DNA of 64,000 nucleotides from an uncultured Gammaproteobacteria bacterium. Lineage in GTDB: Bacteria; Patescibacteriota; Patescibacteriia; UBA9934. The first letter of the stretch is position 1. Each line of letters opens with the position of its first letter. A program made the translations under genes and the position numbers. This document shows positions 7,601-17,528 of this stretch, in pieces. The stretch is from assembly GCA_964582615.1 (NCBI GenBank), contig CAZORP010000004.1:1900-65899 (forward strand). Reading direction: 5' to 3'. Below the pieces are notes generated by a model. That model searched no databases. It had not been told where the DNA came from and saw nothing but the letters and a program-made list of their open reading frames with translations.

Positions 7601-9853
7601 ATGAAGAAAATTACCGCAAAAGTTACCGGTATACACTGCGCTTCCTGCATTTATCGGATTGAAAAAACTTTAAAAAAACATGAAAAAGTTGAGGATGTAA
7701 GTGTCAATGGATCAAGTCACGAAGCGGTTATTACCCTGCGCGATGCACTGATTGATCTCGCGGAACTTTCAAAGAGTATTGAGCCTTTTGGTTATGCACT
7801 TCAGAGCCTTTCTCCAAAGGACGATCGGCACACGGGTGGTGCTCAGCTTGGTGAAGATGATGAGATTATGCTTCTTAAAAAGCAACTTCTTATTTCATTA
7901 CCGCTTGTTCTTTTTTCTTCGGGAATGATGCTGTGGGATATTGGAGCGGAATATTTTCGTATACTTCCAGAGTTTTCTGATGTTGTTAAAACTTTTTTTC
8001 ACCACCTTCTCCCCGTCATGGCGACGTACATGATGACGGTTATAGGTGTGCCGTACCTTCGAGGTCTCCTTCGATTTGTTCGTACGGGTAGTGCTGACAT
8101 GGATGCACTCATTGGACTTGGCACGCTTTCAGCCTTTCTTTACAGTTTCGTACTTTCGGCATTTGAAAATTCTCTTGCAAAATACATGAATGTCGAGGCT
8201 ACATACTACGATGTTACCATTGTGGTTATTGGATTAGTTACACTTGGAAAGTATCTTGAGGTTCGTGCAAAAAGGAAAACAGGAGAAGCTATGAAGAAGC
8301 TTCTTGGTTTGCAGGTAAAGACGGCGATTGTTGTGCGAGAGGGTACTGAGCGTGAAATTTCCCTTGATGCAGTTGAGAAGGGGGATGTTCTTCTTGTAAA
8401 GCCCAGCATGAGCATTCCTGTTGATGGGGTGATTCTTGATGGGGAGTCTTTTCTTGATGAGGCGCTCATGACGGGGGAGTCAGTTCCGCGTTATAAGAAA
8501 GTGGGTGACAGTGTTCATGCGGGAACGATGAATACTACTGGCGCGTTTCACATGAAGGCCACGGCTGTTGGAGGGGAGACGGTGCTTGCAAGAATGATTG
8601 AGCTTGTTCGTGAAGCGCAAGGGTCAAAGTCTCATCTTCAACGATTGGTTGATCGTGTGGCTTCGGTATTTGTACCAAGTGTGCTTGGCATTGCGGTGGT
8701 TTCGTTTGGAGCTTGGATGATGGCCGCGCCGTCATGGCAAGAGGCATTACCGCTGGCCATTTCTTCATTTGTTAGCATTTTAGTTATCGCATGTCCTTGC
8801 GCGCTTGGTCTTGCTACGCCGACGGCGATTATGGTGGGTATTGGTCGGGGGGCGTTCATGGGAATTCTTATAAAAAATGCTGATGCACTTGAGCGTCTTT
8901 ATGATGTAAAAACACTTGTACTTGATAAAACAGGAACGCTCACCATGGGAAGTCCAAGAGTTCTTAAGGTGTATATCAACGATCCTGATCGTGTAAAGAT
9001 TCTCACGAATCTTTACTCACTTGAGTCGTACTCGCATCATCCTCTTGCTCGTGCTATTGAACATTATGCTGAGAAAGAAGGCGCGCAGAAGGTTGCTGTC
9101 ACGCAGATAGTAGATACTCCGGGCGTGGGTATTGAGGGTGTGATTGATGGGGTTTCTTATGCGGTGGGAGGTCCGGAGCTTCTTCGAAGAAAGGGAATTG
9201 CTCAAGATGGGCGCTTGCTTAAGCTTTCGTCTTCTACGCATGTATACTTCGTTGAGCATGATCGAGTTATTGCGGCACTCGCGCTGGGAGATGAAATTAA
9301 GCCTCATGCAAAGAAGACCGTTGCACAGTTGCAGAAGATGGGCATTGATGTTGTCATGGCTACGGGAGATCGTAGAGAGGTTGCGGAATATGTTGCTCGT
9401 GAACTCGGCATCGCTACGGTATTCTCAGAAGTTTCTCCCGAAGAAAAGTTGAGAATTATTGAAAGACTTCAGAAAGATAGGGTTTCTGTGGGTATGGTTG
9501 GTGATGGAGTCAATGATGCTCCCGCACTTGCAAAAGCCACGGTCGGCATAGTTATGAGCACAGGATCTGATATCGCTTTGGAAGCGGGAGATGTCACCCT
9601 TTTGCAAGGTGATATTGAAAAAATTCCTCAAGCGCTAAGTTTGGCAAGAGAGACCATGAGAACTATGCGGCAGAATCTTTTCTGGGCATGTATGTACAAT
9701 GTCATTGGTATACCGCTTGCGGCCGGCGCATTCTTTCCTGTATTCGGCTGGCTTCTTTCCCCGGTTTTTGCAGGTTTCGCCATGGCGATGTCCTCCGTTT
9801 CTGTGGTGCTTAATGCGCTTCGTTTAAAAACCAAAAAACTTTCGTATGAGTAA
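7601..9853 (+). CDS. copA: copper-translocating P1B-type ATPase
   Basis: N-terminal HMA (GIHCASC); CPC motif (IACPCALGLATP); DKTGTLT; GDGVNDAP. Start set at the Met 2 nt after the csoR stop rather than the upstream in-frame Met. Confidence 0.85.
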   Translation: MKKITAKVTGIHCASCIYRIEKTLKKHEKVEDVSVNGSSHEAVITLRDALIDLAELSKSIEPFGYALQSLSPKDDRHTGGAQLGEDDEIMLLKKQLLISLPLVLFSSGMMLWDIGAEYFRILPEFSDVVKTFFHHLLPVMATYMMTVIGVPYLRGLLRFVRTGSADMDALIGLGTLSAFLYSFVLSAFENSLAKYMNVEATYYDVTIVVIGLVTLGKYLEVRAKRKTGEAMKKLLGLQVKTAIVVREGTEREISLDAVEKGDVLLVKPSMSIPVDGVILDGESFLDEALMTGESVPRYKKVGDSVHAGTMNTTGAFHMKATAVGGETVLARMIELVREAQGSKSHLQRLVDRVASVFVPSVLGIAVVSFGAWMMAAPSWQEALPLAISSFVSILVIACPCALGLATPTAIMVGIGRGAFMGILIKNADALERLYDVKTLVLDKTGTLTMGSPRVLKVYINDPDRVKILTNLYSLESYSHHPLARAIEHYAEKEGAQKVAVTQIVDTPGVGIEGVIDGVSYAVGGPELLRRKGIAQDGRLLKLSSSTHVYFVEHDRVIAALALGDEIKPHAKKTVAQLQKMGIDVVMATGDRREVAEYVARELGIATVFSEVSPEEKLRIIERLQKDRVSVGMVGDGVNDAPALAKATVGIVMSTGSDIALEAGDVTLLQGDIEKIPQALSLARETMRTMRQNLFWACMYNVIGIPLAAGAFFPVFGWLLSPVFAGFAMAMSSVSVVLNALRLKTKKLSYE

Positions 9854-10862
9854 ACGCTCTGAAGTACTCCATGTTTCCGGGATGCATTGTGCCTCCTGTG
9901 AAGATCTTCTTGAAGACACTTGTAAAGAAATTTTTGGAAATGTTGAAGTGAAGGCTGATTTTTCTAAAGGAATATTGGTTCTTGAAGGCGAAGATCTTGG
10001 TAGTCGATCCGAGCTTGTTGGTGCACTCACCGAACGTATTAGCGAACGAGGGTATCGTGTGAGTGAGGAAAAGCTCACTCGACCAAATGCTTTTCGGGAG
10101 TATGTTCTTGCTCTGCCTCCGGTTTTGGCTATTGTCTTTGGATTTTTCATGCTTCAGAACATGGGACTTGAGAGCATAGTTTCCTTTAGTGAAATGACGT
10201 ATGCTACATCTTTTCTTGTAGGTATCGTTGCTTCAGTTTCAACGTGTCTTGCTGTGGTTGGTGGCCTTGTTCTTTCACTTTCTGCGCACGTCGCGAAGCA
10301 ACAGGGAGCTTTGCGATCGCATGTACTTTTTCATCTTGGACGTCTTGGAGGATTCTTTGTGCTTGGGGGTTTTATTGGTCTTTTGGGCGGAGTTGTGCAT
10401 GTTAGCGCCGTTGCAACAGCGGGAATTACGCTTTTTGCAGCTTTTGTAATGGCGGTACTTGGCATAACATTGCTTGATATATTTCCTGGACTGCAAAAAA
10501 TGCAAATTCGCATACCCAAATCGATGGCAAAACGCGCGACATTATTGCCAGGGATTTCGAAAAACCTTGCGCCACTTCTTGCCGGTGTTGCGACATTTTT
10601 CTTGCCGTGTGGCTTTACGCAGTCCATGCAGGTTTATGCACTGACCACGGGAACATATTTTTCGGGTGGACTCACTATGTTGTTCTTTGCTCTTGGTACT
10701 TTTCCGGTTCTTGCCATGCTTTCATTTGGTGTCTTTGAACTTTCTCAGGCTTCTTGGAAGGGGGTTTTCTTCAAGGCTACAGGAATGCTTGTGTTGGTTT
10801 TTGCTGGATTTAACGCATGGAATGCAATTCGTACGCTGATATTTACATATTCATCTTTTTAA
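9846..10862 (+). CDS. HMA-domain protein fused to a polytopic membrane domain with conserved intramembrane cysteines
   Basis: GMHCASC metal-binding motif; about 6 TM helices with TCLAVVGG and FLPCGFTQ cysteines, CcdA/DsbD- or TauE-like. Confidence 0.5.
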   Translation: MSKRSEVLHVSGMHCASCEDLLEDTCKEIFGNVEVKADFSKGILVLEGEDLGSRSELVGALTERISERGYRVSEEKLTRPNAFREYVLALPPVLAIVFGFFMLQNMGLESIVSFSEMTYATSFLVGIVASVSTCLAVVGGLVLSLSAHVAKQQGALRSHVLFHLGRLGGFFVLGGFIGLLGGVVHVSAVATAGITLFAAFVMAVLGITLLDIFPGLQKMQIRIPKSMAKRATLLPGISKNLAPLLAGVATFFLPCGFTQSMQVYALTTGTYFSGGLTMLFFALGTFPVLAMLSFGVFELSQASWKGVFFKATGMLVLVFAGFNAWNAIRTLIFTYSSF

Positions 10863-10865
10863 CAT

Positions 10866-11276
10866 ATGCAACAAGATACAAAAATCGCTCTTGGATTTTG
10901 TGGAATATTTCTTGTGCTTATCATGATTTCGGTATACAGAGCCGCTCCAAAAAGTGATGTTTATTTTGCGAATAGCGAAGTTGTCTCTTGGAGGGAGGGT
11001 GTTCAGGTGATTACCATTTCAGCAAAGGGCGGGTACACTCCTTCAAAAGTTACCGCAAGAAGCGGGGTGCCAACGGAGCTTCATGTGGTGACCGATGCAA
11101 CGTATGATTGTTCTTCGGCGTTTGTTATTCCGAAGCTTGGTGTTGATACGTTGCTTCCTCCCTCGGGAACAACGGTTTTCTCCTTTTCAAAAGATCAAGC
11201 CGAGGGAGTGGTATCTGCACAGTGCGCCATGGGCATGTATCGGATGACGATAGATTTTCAGGATGCTGAAATGTAA
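10866..11276 (+). CDS. membrane-anchored cupredoxin-like protein (putative)
   Basis: N-terminal TM anchor, beta-rich; C-terminal CAMGMYRM resembles a type-1 copper-site C..GM motif; sits in the copper cluster. Confidence 0.35.
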   Translation: MQQDTKIALGFCGIFLVLIMISVYRAAPKSDVYFANSEVVSWREGVQVITISAKGGYTPSKVTARSGVPTELHVVTDATYDCSSAFVIPKLGVDTLLPPSGTTVFSFSKDQAEGVVSAQCAMGMYRMTIDFQDAEM

Positions 11277-11282
11277 ACATGG

Positions 11283-11759
11283 ATGATATTTTGTATGATA
11301 AAAGCTGTCGTTGCGTTGGTGTGTAATGATAAAAAAGAGCTTGCTTTGCAGCTGCGTTCTGCAAAGGATGATGCATATCCGCTACATTGGGATTTTTCTG
11401 CGGGCGGGGGAGTGCATGATGGAGAATTAGAGAAGGATGCTGTTTTGCGCGAAGTGCATGAAGAGCTTGGGGTTGTGCTTGAACTGAAGAAATTTGATGA
11501 ATTTTGTTATAAAGATGTTCAGTTAATGGTTCCGACATATACCTATAATCACGCAAACGCTGACGATCAGACGGGAGTTTTTTATGCTCAGTATCGCGGT
11601 GATTTCTCACCCTCGCAAAAGGAGGTTGAGAGTGTTCGGTTTGTTGATCGAGAAACGCTAAGAGACATGATTATGCGTGGTGAAAAATTTCATCCCGAAC
11701 TTTTCTTTTATGCGGAAAAGAGACTTTTGAAAAATCCGGTGATGTTGGATTTGTTGTAA
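11283..11759 (+). CDS. NUDIX hydrolase
   Basis: Nudix box GGGVHDGELEKDAVLREVHEELGV. Confidence 0.7.
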   Translation: MIFCMIKAVVALVCNDKKELALQLRSAKDDAYPLHWDFSAGGGVHDGELEKDAVLREVHEELGVVLELKKFDEFCYKDVQLMVPTYTYNHANADDQTGVFYAQYRGDFSPSQKEVESVRFVDRETLRDMIMRGEKFHPELFFYAEKRLLKNPVMLDLL

Positions 11760-11868
11760 AAGAATGTTTTGATAAGTAAAAAACCACCCGACTGTCAAAG
11801 TCTCGTGTCGTATTGAGTATTAGAGGCTCCTATTGTTGAAGATATTTTCCCGCTACGGTGATATAGGG

Positions 11869-12084
11869 TTATGGCTGTAATATCTTTAAAATCTCTTCGT
11901 TTTCACGATCAAACCCGCCCGTTCTTGTAACGTAAGGAAGATGATACTTTTCGCACTCTTCCCGAATCCACGCTCCGTATGCAACAAAAAAGGCTGTAAC
12001 GGATTTGTAGGTTGCATCTGAAGCTCCATGTAGCCAGTCGAAGTGACTTGAATTTTTACGCGGCTTACCGTTGAAGGTTTTCAT
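11869..12084 (-). CDS. small hypothetical protein (71 aa)
   Basis: ORF only. Confidence 0.25.
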   Translation of the reverse strand: MKTFNGKPRKNSSHFDWLHGASDATYKSVTAFFVAYGAWIREECEKYHLPYVTRTGGFDRENEEILKILQP

Positions 12085-12161
12085 TCTTGGTAATAATCAC
12101 ACTGTACGAACCCCCCACGTGTGGAGCGCCACCAATGAGGTAGAACATAGGCTAGATGTAG

Positions 12162-12533
12162 TTATTCGCCAAATGTCACCACTTCGATATTGTTTCCATC
12201 CGGATCACGTACAAAGGCCGCGTAGTAGTTCTCGCCATACTCTAAGCGAACTCCAGGCTTCCCGTTGTCCGTTCCTCCGGTCGTGAGCGCCAATGCATGA
12301 AATGTATTCACGGCGATACGGCTAGACGCTGAAAATGCGATGTGAACACCATGACAGGCGGGATTTTCATTATCGCCTTGTGAAATCCAAAAGTGGGCGC
12401 GTTCAATACCAAATCCGCAGTAAATACCATCCTCACTGGCGACGACTTTGTAACCCAGAGGCGCCAAGGCTTGTTCGTAAAAAGTTTTACTACGAGAAAA
12501 ATTGCTTACATTGAGAGTGATGTGATCAAACAT
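12162..12533 (-). CDS. VOC-family (glyoxalase / bleomycin-resistance fold) protein
   Basis: MFDHITLNVSNF...H.AF...DPDGN..E pattern; 123 aa. Confidence 0.7.
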   Translation of the reverse strand: MFDHITLNVSNFSRSKTFYEQALAPLGYKVVASEDGIYCGFGIERAHFWISQGDNENPACHGVHIAFSASSRIAVNTFHALALTTGGTDNGKPGVRLEYGENYYAAFVRDPDGNNIEVVTFGE

Positions 12534-12617
12534 AGGTGGCTAGTTTATTTTTAGTAAGTGCGTAAAGCAACTTTTTTATCTTGTAATACGCGTAATTTTT
12601 TAAAGAAAGATTGTCAC

Positions 12618-13421
12618 TTATTCTAAACGTTCAAAGAGTGCGTGTATGAGCTCGGGAATCTCTTGTTCGAATGGATTTGGATGTCGTTCGAGTGCGCGAA
12701 GTAGAACATATCGATCAAACGTTTCTCGATCACTCAGTATGTCTTTACCATACCCCTCCATGAGCGCGTTCATAAGTTCGACGTCTTTATGTAATCGGGT
12801 GCCAATTCCGTAAAGTCCTGGAAGGGTAATTCCGAACAAGCTCAAATCGTACATCGAATCTCCAGAAAAAATATGATCTGCCTTATCGAAGAGATGTATG
12901 CGATCATCTTGAATGAGGACGTTGTTTGCATGGAGATCGCCGTGAATCGGAACGTTTCTTTGAGCTGGGGGAATTTTTCTAAGTATCTCAACGGCGCGTT
13001 GAACGGTATCTTTGGATATTCCTTTTCGTTCTTGTTGCCGAGCTCGACCGTATTCGATTTGTTTTCTCATGAAGTCTGCCCACCCAATGACTCGTTTTTC
13101 TCCTTGAGCATCGATCCAAAATGGGGATTGATATTCTTGTGTATGGAGTGTTTTTAAAGCTCTTCCGAGTTGAATATATTGTTCCGGCGTTTCAGTATCG
13201 GCAAGAGTTTCTGCATTCTCAAGAAATGTGATAATGAGATCCGTTTGTTCTTCGTGTATTTCCATGTACGGCATTCCAAGCTGGTGCAACAACTCATGAA
13301 AAGCAATTTCATTTTTACGTTCTTGCGTATCGATGGATTTAACAATGACGGTTTTTCCGTCACGTTGTTCGGTTCGCAATTTTGATGAATAAGCCTTTTC
13401 AATCGCCTTGGCAGAATCCAT
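12618..13421 (-). CDS. APH / choline-kinase family phosphotransferase
   Basis: Brenner motif HGDLHANNVL and D.....GDSMYDL. Confidence 0.65.
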   Translation of the reverse strand: MDSAKAIEKAYSSKLRTEQRDGKTVIVKSIDTQERKNEIAFHELLHQLGMPYMEIHEEQTDLIITFLENAETLADTETPEQYIQLGRALKTLHTQEYQSPFWIDAQGEKRVIGWADFMRKQIEYGRARQQERKGISKDTVQRAVEILRKIPPAQRNVPIHGDLHANNVLIQDDRIHLFDKADHIFSGDSMYDLSLFGITLPGLYGIGTRLHKDVELMNALMEGYGKDILSDRETFDRYVLLRALERHPNPFEQEIPELIHALFERLE

Positions 13422-13434
13422 ATTGCTTCAAATT

Positions 13435-14187
13435 TTAGCAGGATAAAGAGCTCTTGCGAAGAATGGCGATGAGATGAGGTTTTGCAAACCGACCAAAGAG
13501 ATGCACGGAAAGTTTCGATGCGAGATATGTGAGGTGATTGAACGAGGTGTATGAAGGATCTTCATTGAGCATGACGAATTCGGAAGAAAAACCAGCTTTA
13601 CCAGCCAAGCTGATGATGTCTTTTTCTGTATTAGCTCGATAATATACGCTAAAAGCATCCTCCTCTTCTCGACCATAAAAAAATTTTAACAATCGTCGAG
13701 CGATGCTGTTGGGGGTTAGTTGTCGAAGCTTGATGAGAAAACTCTCTTTATTCGGTGTCACAAATGCTAAAAAGCCACCGGGTTTAAGAACGCGGTATAG
13801 TTCCCTAAGGGATTCCTCGGGTTTTTCAAGGTGTTCAAATACCCACAAGGAAACGATGATATCCATACTTGCATCAGGGAGGGGGAGTCTCGATGTGTTG
13901 CTAGTGATAATACGGTCGCAAGTTATGTTACCTGTTACCGATTCTTGCGAAACGTCAAAGCCAATTTTTTCAGACCAAGAACCGTGTAATTCATCGATAA
14001 TAAAATTTCCTCGTCCGCAACCAAAGTCCAAAACAATGGACTTGCTGGTGATTCGTTCGCGAACGATGGTTGTCAACTTTACCATTGAGTCGTCCCATGC
14101 GGGATGTTCTTTTTTGTATTGACGTTTATATTTGAGTTGCCGCAATTCTTGAGATGTCAACTCTGAGTATTGTTGGATGTATGGCAT
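13435..14187 (-). CDS. class I SAM-dependent methyltransferase
   Basis: VLDFGCGRGNF motif I; LKPGGFLAFVTP. Confidence 0.7.
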   Translation of the reverse strand: MPYIQQYSELTSQELRQLKYKRQYKKEHPAWDDSMVKLTTIVRERITSKSIVLDFGCGRGNFIIDELHGSWSEKIGFDVSQESVTGNITCDRIITSNTSRLPLPDASMDIIVSLWVFEHLEKPEESLRELYRVLKPGGFLAFVTPNKESFLIKLRQLTPNSIARRLLKFFYGREEEDAFSVYYRANTEKDIISLAGKAGFSSEFVMLNEDPSYTSFNHLTYLASKLSVHLFGRFAKPHLIAILRKSSLSC

Positions 14188-14222
14188 GTGGGCAGTTTAC
14201 CTTCTTGTGAGGATGGGGGAGA

Positions 14223-14594
14223 TTATGACTCTTGTTTGGAATCGTCATACTCCATGAGATAGTGAGTGTCGGTTTCTTCGATTTCTCTAAAACCCATTTT
14301 TCGGTAAAGCTTCACCGCATTATTCTCCTTCAAGACCTGCAAGCGAGCTGGTCTATGTGTCTCTTTTGCTTTTACCAACACCTCTGCAAGCATGCTACTG
14401 CCAATGCCTTTGCCTTGAAAATTTGGCAGGAGAACAAGTTCGTGCAATGTAATTACATCGGGGGTTTCCTCCACTGAAGCATAGCCACACAGCTCTCCAT
14501 TAATGGAGAGAATTTGGTAACGAGAACTGTTCCAAGATTTTGCAAAAAAATCATCTTGAAGCCGCTCATCCCAAGAACCGAATTGTCGCACCAC
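14223..14594 (-). CDS. GNAT-family N-acetyltransferase
   Basis: NFQGKGIGSSMLAEVL acetyl-CoA-binding motif. Confidence 0.7.
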   Translation of the reverse strand: MVRQFGSWDERLQDDFFAKSWNSSRYQILSINGELCGYASVEETPDVITLHELVLLPNFQGKGIGSSMLAEVLVKAKETHRPARLQVLKENNAVKLYRKMGFREIEETDTHYLMEYDDSKQES

Positions 14595-14878
14595 GACATC
14601 GCGATATGCCTGATGGTGAGTTTTGCGAGCGAATTCGAAATCATCCTCTCCTGCCGGTCTTCGTTCAATAACGTTTTTTTCTACAGATCTGTATCGAACT
14701 CATGAGGGGTTTTCATAGTGAAGAAAGTGTATCCAAAATTCTGCATAAGTTCTATCGTTTTTCGCGAAGCACGGTTATTCTCAGCTGTAATGCCGGTTGA
14801 TTGTGTCGCTCTTGCTGACGACGATAGCAGTCGCGAATCTTCACGTTCGATGTATATCGAGCAGTGAGGTGGTAATTA

Positions 14879-15823
14879 TCATACCGACTGTGACTGTAGC
14901 AATTTCAGAATCTGTTTCCTCTGATGAATTGGCACCCGAATCCATACCGAGGTGGATTCAGCGACATTCGAAAAGAGCGGTTCAAGTACGCCATGTAACC
15001 ACTCTGAATCATCTGAGTAAAGCAAAGATGACTTCGATGTGATATCGGGAATATTCACCAGGCATCGCTTGTTCCCAAATTCAGACCAGTAGGCGTCGAT
15101 GGCTTCTTTGTAGTGACCTAGAAACGCAACTGGATCTTCGCTAATTTCAAGTTGCGAAAACACGAAGGTCTTATCATTGAAATAATTCTCCATGATCTTC
15201 GTGTCATTTCGGAGCGTCTCATCAAAGTGCTCGCGCATGCCAGCTGCACATTCTTCGAAATAGCGTCGCTCCCAGCCGCCCGACATCGTGACGTGCGGTG
15301 CTAATTCCTTAAATGCCGAAAGATCACGATCGTTCGTCTCTGACGACGTAAAGTTCAAAGTGTTCTGAAGAATTGCCAATGCAAGAACATTGGCACTCGT
15401 CGACGAAATTTTCTCATCGAAACCCCGCTTCTTGAACTCTTCCCAAATCAAGGTACCAGCGGCACCGACGCGTTCAATATGTGAGTGATCGCCGAGCCGT
15501 TCCTTCCAATACTCTTCGTAACCGTAGTGATGATCGTAAATCTCACAGATCTTTGATTCGTCCTCATTGGGAAAAGCAAAATGCTCTGGACCCGAAAGAT
15601 CGACGTAGACAAAACGATCTTCTGTAGTCGGCACATATTCCGTGAGGTAATCGCCTCCCTGTTCAAGAGCTAGTTTTGTAACAGAATGATTAAGCGGACC
15701 AATAAAAACAGCCACCGCATCCTTTCCTTCTTTCTGAAGGAGCTCGGCGTAGGCGATAGCACAACCAAAGGCGTCGATGTCATTAAAAGCCTTTCCGGCG
15801 GATACAATGTACATACTAGCCAC
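14879..15823 (-). CDS. ppaC: DHH-family manganese-dependent inorganic pyrophosphatase (family II PPase)
   Basis: NDIDAFGCAIAYAEL, DHHYGY, GAAGTLI and LALAILQNTLNFTS...AFKELA segments are collinear with family II PPase motifs; 314 aa. Confidence 0.65.
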   Translation of the reverse strand: MASMYIVSAGKAFNDIDAFGCAIAYAELLQKEGKDAVAVFIGPLNHSVTKLALEQGGDYLTEYVPTTEDRFVYVDLSGPEHFAFPNEDESKICEIYDHHYGYEEYWKERLGDHSHIERVGAAGTLIWEEFKKRGFDEKISSTSANVLALAILQNTLNFTSSETNDRDLSAFKELAPHVTMSGGWERRYFEECAAGMREHFDETLRNDTKIMENYFNDKTFVFSQLEISEDPVAFLGHYKEAIDAYWSEFGNKRCLVNIPDITSKSSLLYSDDSEWLHGVLEPLFSNVAESTSVWIRVPIHQRKQILKLLQSQSV

Positions 15824-15863
15824 AGATTACCGCACATTTCCTGAACCGCAAAACTCTCAGTTA

Positions 15864-15953
15864 TTGAAAAACCACCACTAAATGGTGACGGGTTTTCAGC
15901 AGTCGCTTTGGCTAGGAATCCTATAATAGTACCAAAGCGGCTCTTGGCGGGGC
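15864..15953. repeat. intergenic repeat element R1: palindromic terminator hairpin plus tRNA-Trp 3'-end-like fragment
   Basis: ttgaaaaacc-caccactaaatggtg-gggttttca hairpin, then a 28-nt block gggttttcagcagtcgctttggctagga and a 24-nt block accaaagcggctcttggc(g)gggc, both shared with R3 next to tRNA-Trp. Confidence 0.6.
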
Positions 15954-15981
15954 TTAGTAAGCGAGGTTGGAACCTTGATGA

Positions 15982-16431
15982 TCAGCGAGTGATGTATCGA
16001 AGGATGCTGAATTTCGAAGTGGCGGTGTATACAGCCCCATTGTATAAAGCTTCGCCGTCGTTAAGCGTAAGTGTCTCGCGATAGCTATCGCCCTTCTCTC
16101 CAGCCTCCGCGTATTTGAGTGTCAAAATTTCTTGATCGCTATCAGCTTGTCGAGACTCAATCTCCATGATTGAGTAAGAACGTTTTTCGCAATATTTATA
16201 GGCGCTACCGAAACCGGGTGAAGGTTCTGCTTCGGTAACTTCACGACGACATCCTGGGTCTATAGTGACTTTTGTAACAGATTGCGGATAGACGTGGACG
16301 TACGTGATTGCACTCGAAGCATCCTGGGTATGAACATACGAAGCTCGAGGCATCAACAGCCACACGAACACAATGAGTCCGGCGAGCGGCAGTACTCCTA
16401 TTACTGTCAATATTTGCAAGTGATGTTTCAT
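15982..16431 (-). CDS. small membrane-anchored hypothetical protein
   Basis: Internal Met MKHHLQILTVIGVLPLAGLIVFVWLL is followed by a TM helix; the upstream extension of the ORF runs into repeat R4 and is probably not coding. Confidence 0.35.
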   Translation of the reverse strand: MKHHLQILTVIGVLPLAGLIVFVWLLMPRASYVHTQDASSAITYVHVYPQSVTKVTIDPGCRREVTEAEPSPGFGSAYKYCEKRSYSIMEIESRQADSDQEILTLKYAEAGEKGDSYRETLTLNDGEALYNGAVYTATSKFSILRYITR

Positions 16432-16439
16432 ACCGGATG

Positions 16440-16640
16440 AAGCATAGCGGATTTTATCTCTTGCCACAATGCGGATTCGACTCAAAAGGCACCTCACACG
16501 CATGGGTTCGATCCTCTGATGGCATAAACAAAAATCCCCGCTGAAATTAGCGGAGACTTTTGTGGCAGGGCACATGACTACTGAACTCAATTTTCAGAGG
16601 CTTTCAAAGGGTTTCAGGAACTAGATACTGGGACGCAGGT
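16440..16640. repeat. intergenic repeat element R4 with tRNA-like fragments and a terminator
   Basis: tggcagggcac..ctgaactc..ttcag block shared with R2; gggttcgatcc T-loop-like fragment; ccccgctgaaattagcgg hairpin with a T-run on the minus strand. Confidence 0.5.
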
Positions 16641-16682
16641 ACAATTAAATGGATAACTGTATATCGTATGTATTTTAAAAGC

Positions 16683-17525
16683 TCACTCATCTTGAATTAA
16701 ATGGTTGGAAAGATCCATGCTCCCCAATTTTTGGAGCATTGTTTGAAAATCTGTTACTGGATAGAGGAGGCTTATAAATGAAGAAGGAATTGCGGCGTTG
16801 TTGACGGCTGCTCGATCATCAAACCCACCCATAAAATGCAGAAATGCTTGTGTATCTTGTGCTTGAGGAGGAAGATCTTGCATTCTTAAGAGTAAAATTT
16901 TATTAGCGATAGGATTTATATCTGGTGCTGCTAAAATAAATCCCCATTGTGGCGGATTCGTGTTATATTTGAAAATTGATATGAATTGTTCTCCTGATGG
17001 CAGTTCTATTTCTTTCTGCAAGCTCTCTAAAGACTGCCAAGTTGCTATTAGTTTTATACCTTCCCGTTTATTTTCTCCAAGGTTAAAATTTACGACCGAA
17101 CGTTTATTTGTAGTTTTATGATAATCTTCTGCACATTTGACTTCTTCAAATTCGCAAACGCCTTTAATTGATATAGTAAAGAAATGGCCGTTAAGTCTTG
17201 GTAGTGGAACGGATTGTTTTTTGATCGTTGTGATTATTTGACCATCCATTGAAAGATGAGCCTCGCCAAAATAATGATGAGCGAATTTAATTCTACGCCT
17301 TGTAACTTTTGCGAAATCTTTTGTAAGACTTAAGTCAAATTTTTGCGGCATATGGGGAGGCATAATTACGAGGCTCCCCAGCCCTTCAGATTTTTTATAG
17401 TAGGGAAATGTTACATAAACACTACCATCTGAAGAATACAAAATATCAAAAATTTTAAAACACTTTCCTGATTGTGTAACTGTGATTACGTGTCTTTTTG
17501 ATCTTATGGGTGCGAGTATTGCCAT
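16683..17525 (-). CDS. AT-rich orphan hypothetical protein (280 aa)
   Basis: Long ORF with markedly lower GC than the flanking genes (about 22-40% in sampled 60-nt stretches); flanked by R4 and R2. Confidence 0.45.
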   Translation of the reverse strand: MAILAPIRSKRHVITVTQSGKCFKIFDILYSSDGSVYVTFPYYKKSEGLGSLVIMPPHMPQKFDLSLTKDFAKVTRRRIKFAHHYFGEAHLSMDGQIITTIKKQSVPLPRLNGHFFTISIKGVCEFEEVKCAEDYHKTTNKRSVVNFNLGENKREGIKLIATWQSLESLQKEIELPSGEQFISIFKYNTNPPQWGFILAAPDINPIANKILLLRMQDLPPQAQDTQAFLHFMGGFDDRAAVNNAAIPSSFISLLYPVTDFQTMLQKLGSMDLSNHLIQDE

Positions 17526-17528
17526 ACA

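Noticed and set aside
16470-16500. Possible second complete tRNA gene around the gggttcgatcc motif
   Set aside because: The flanks do not fold into an acceptor/D/anticodon cloverleaf and there is no CCA-compatible end. Treated as a tRNA fragment within repeat R4.
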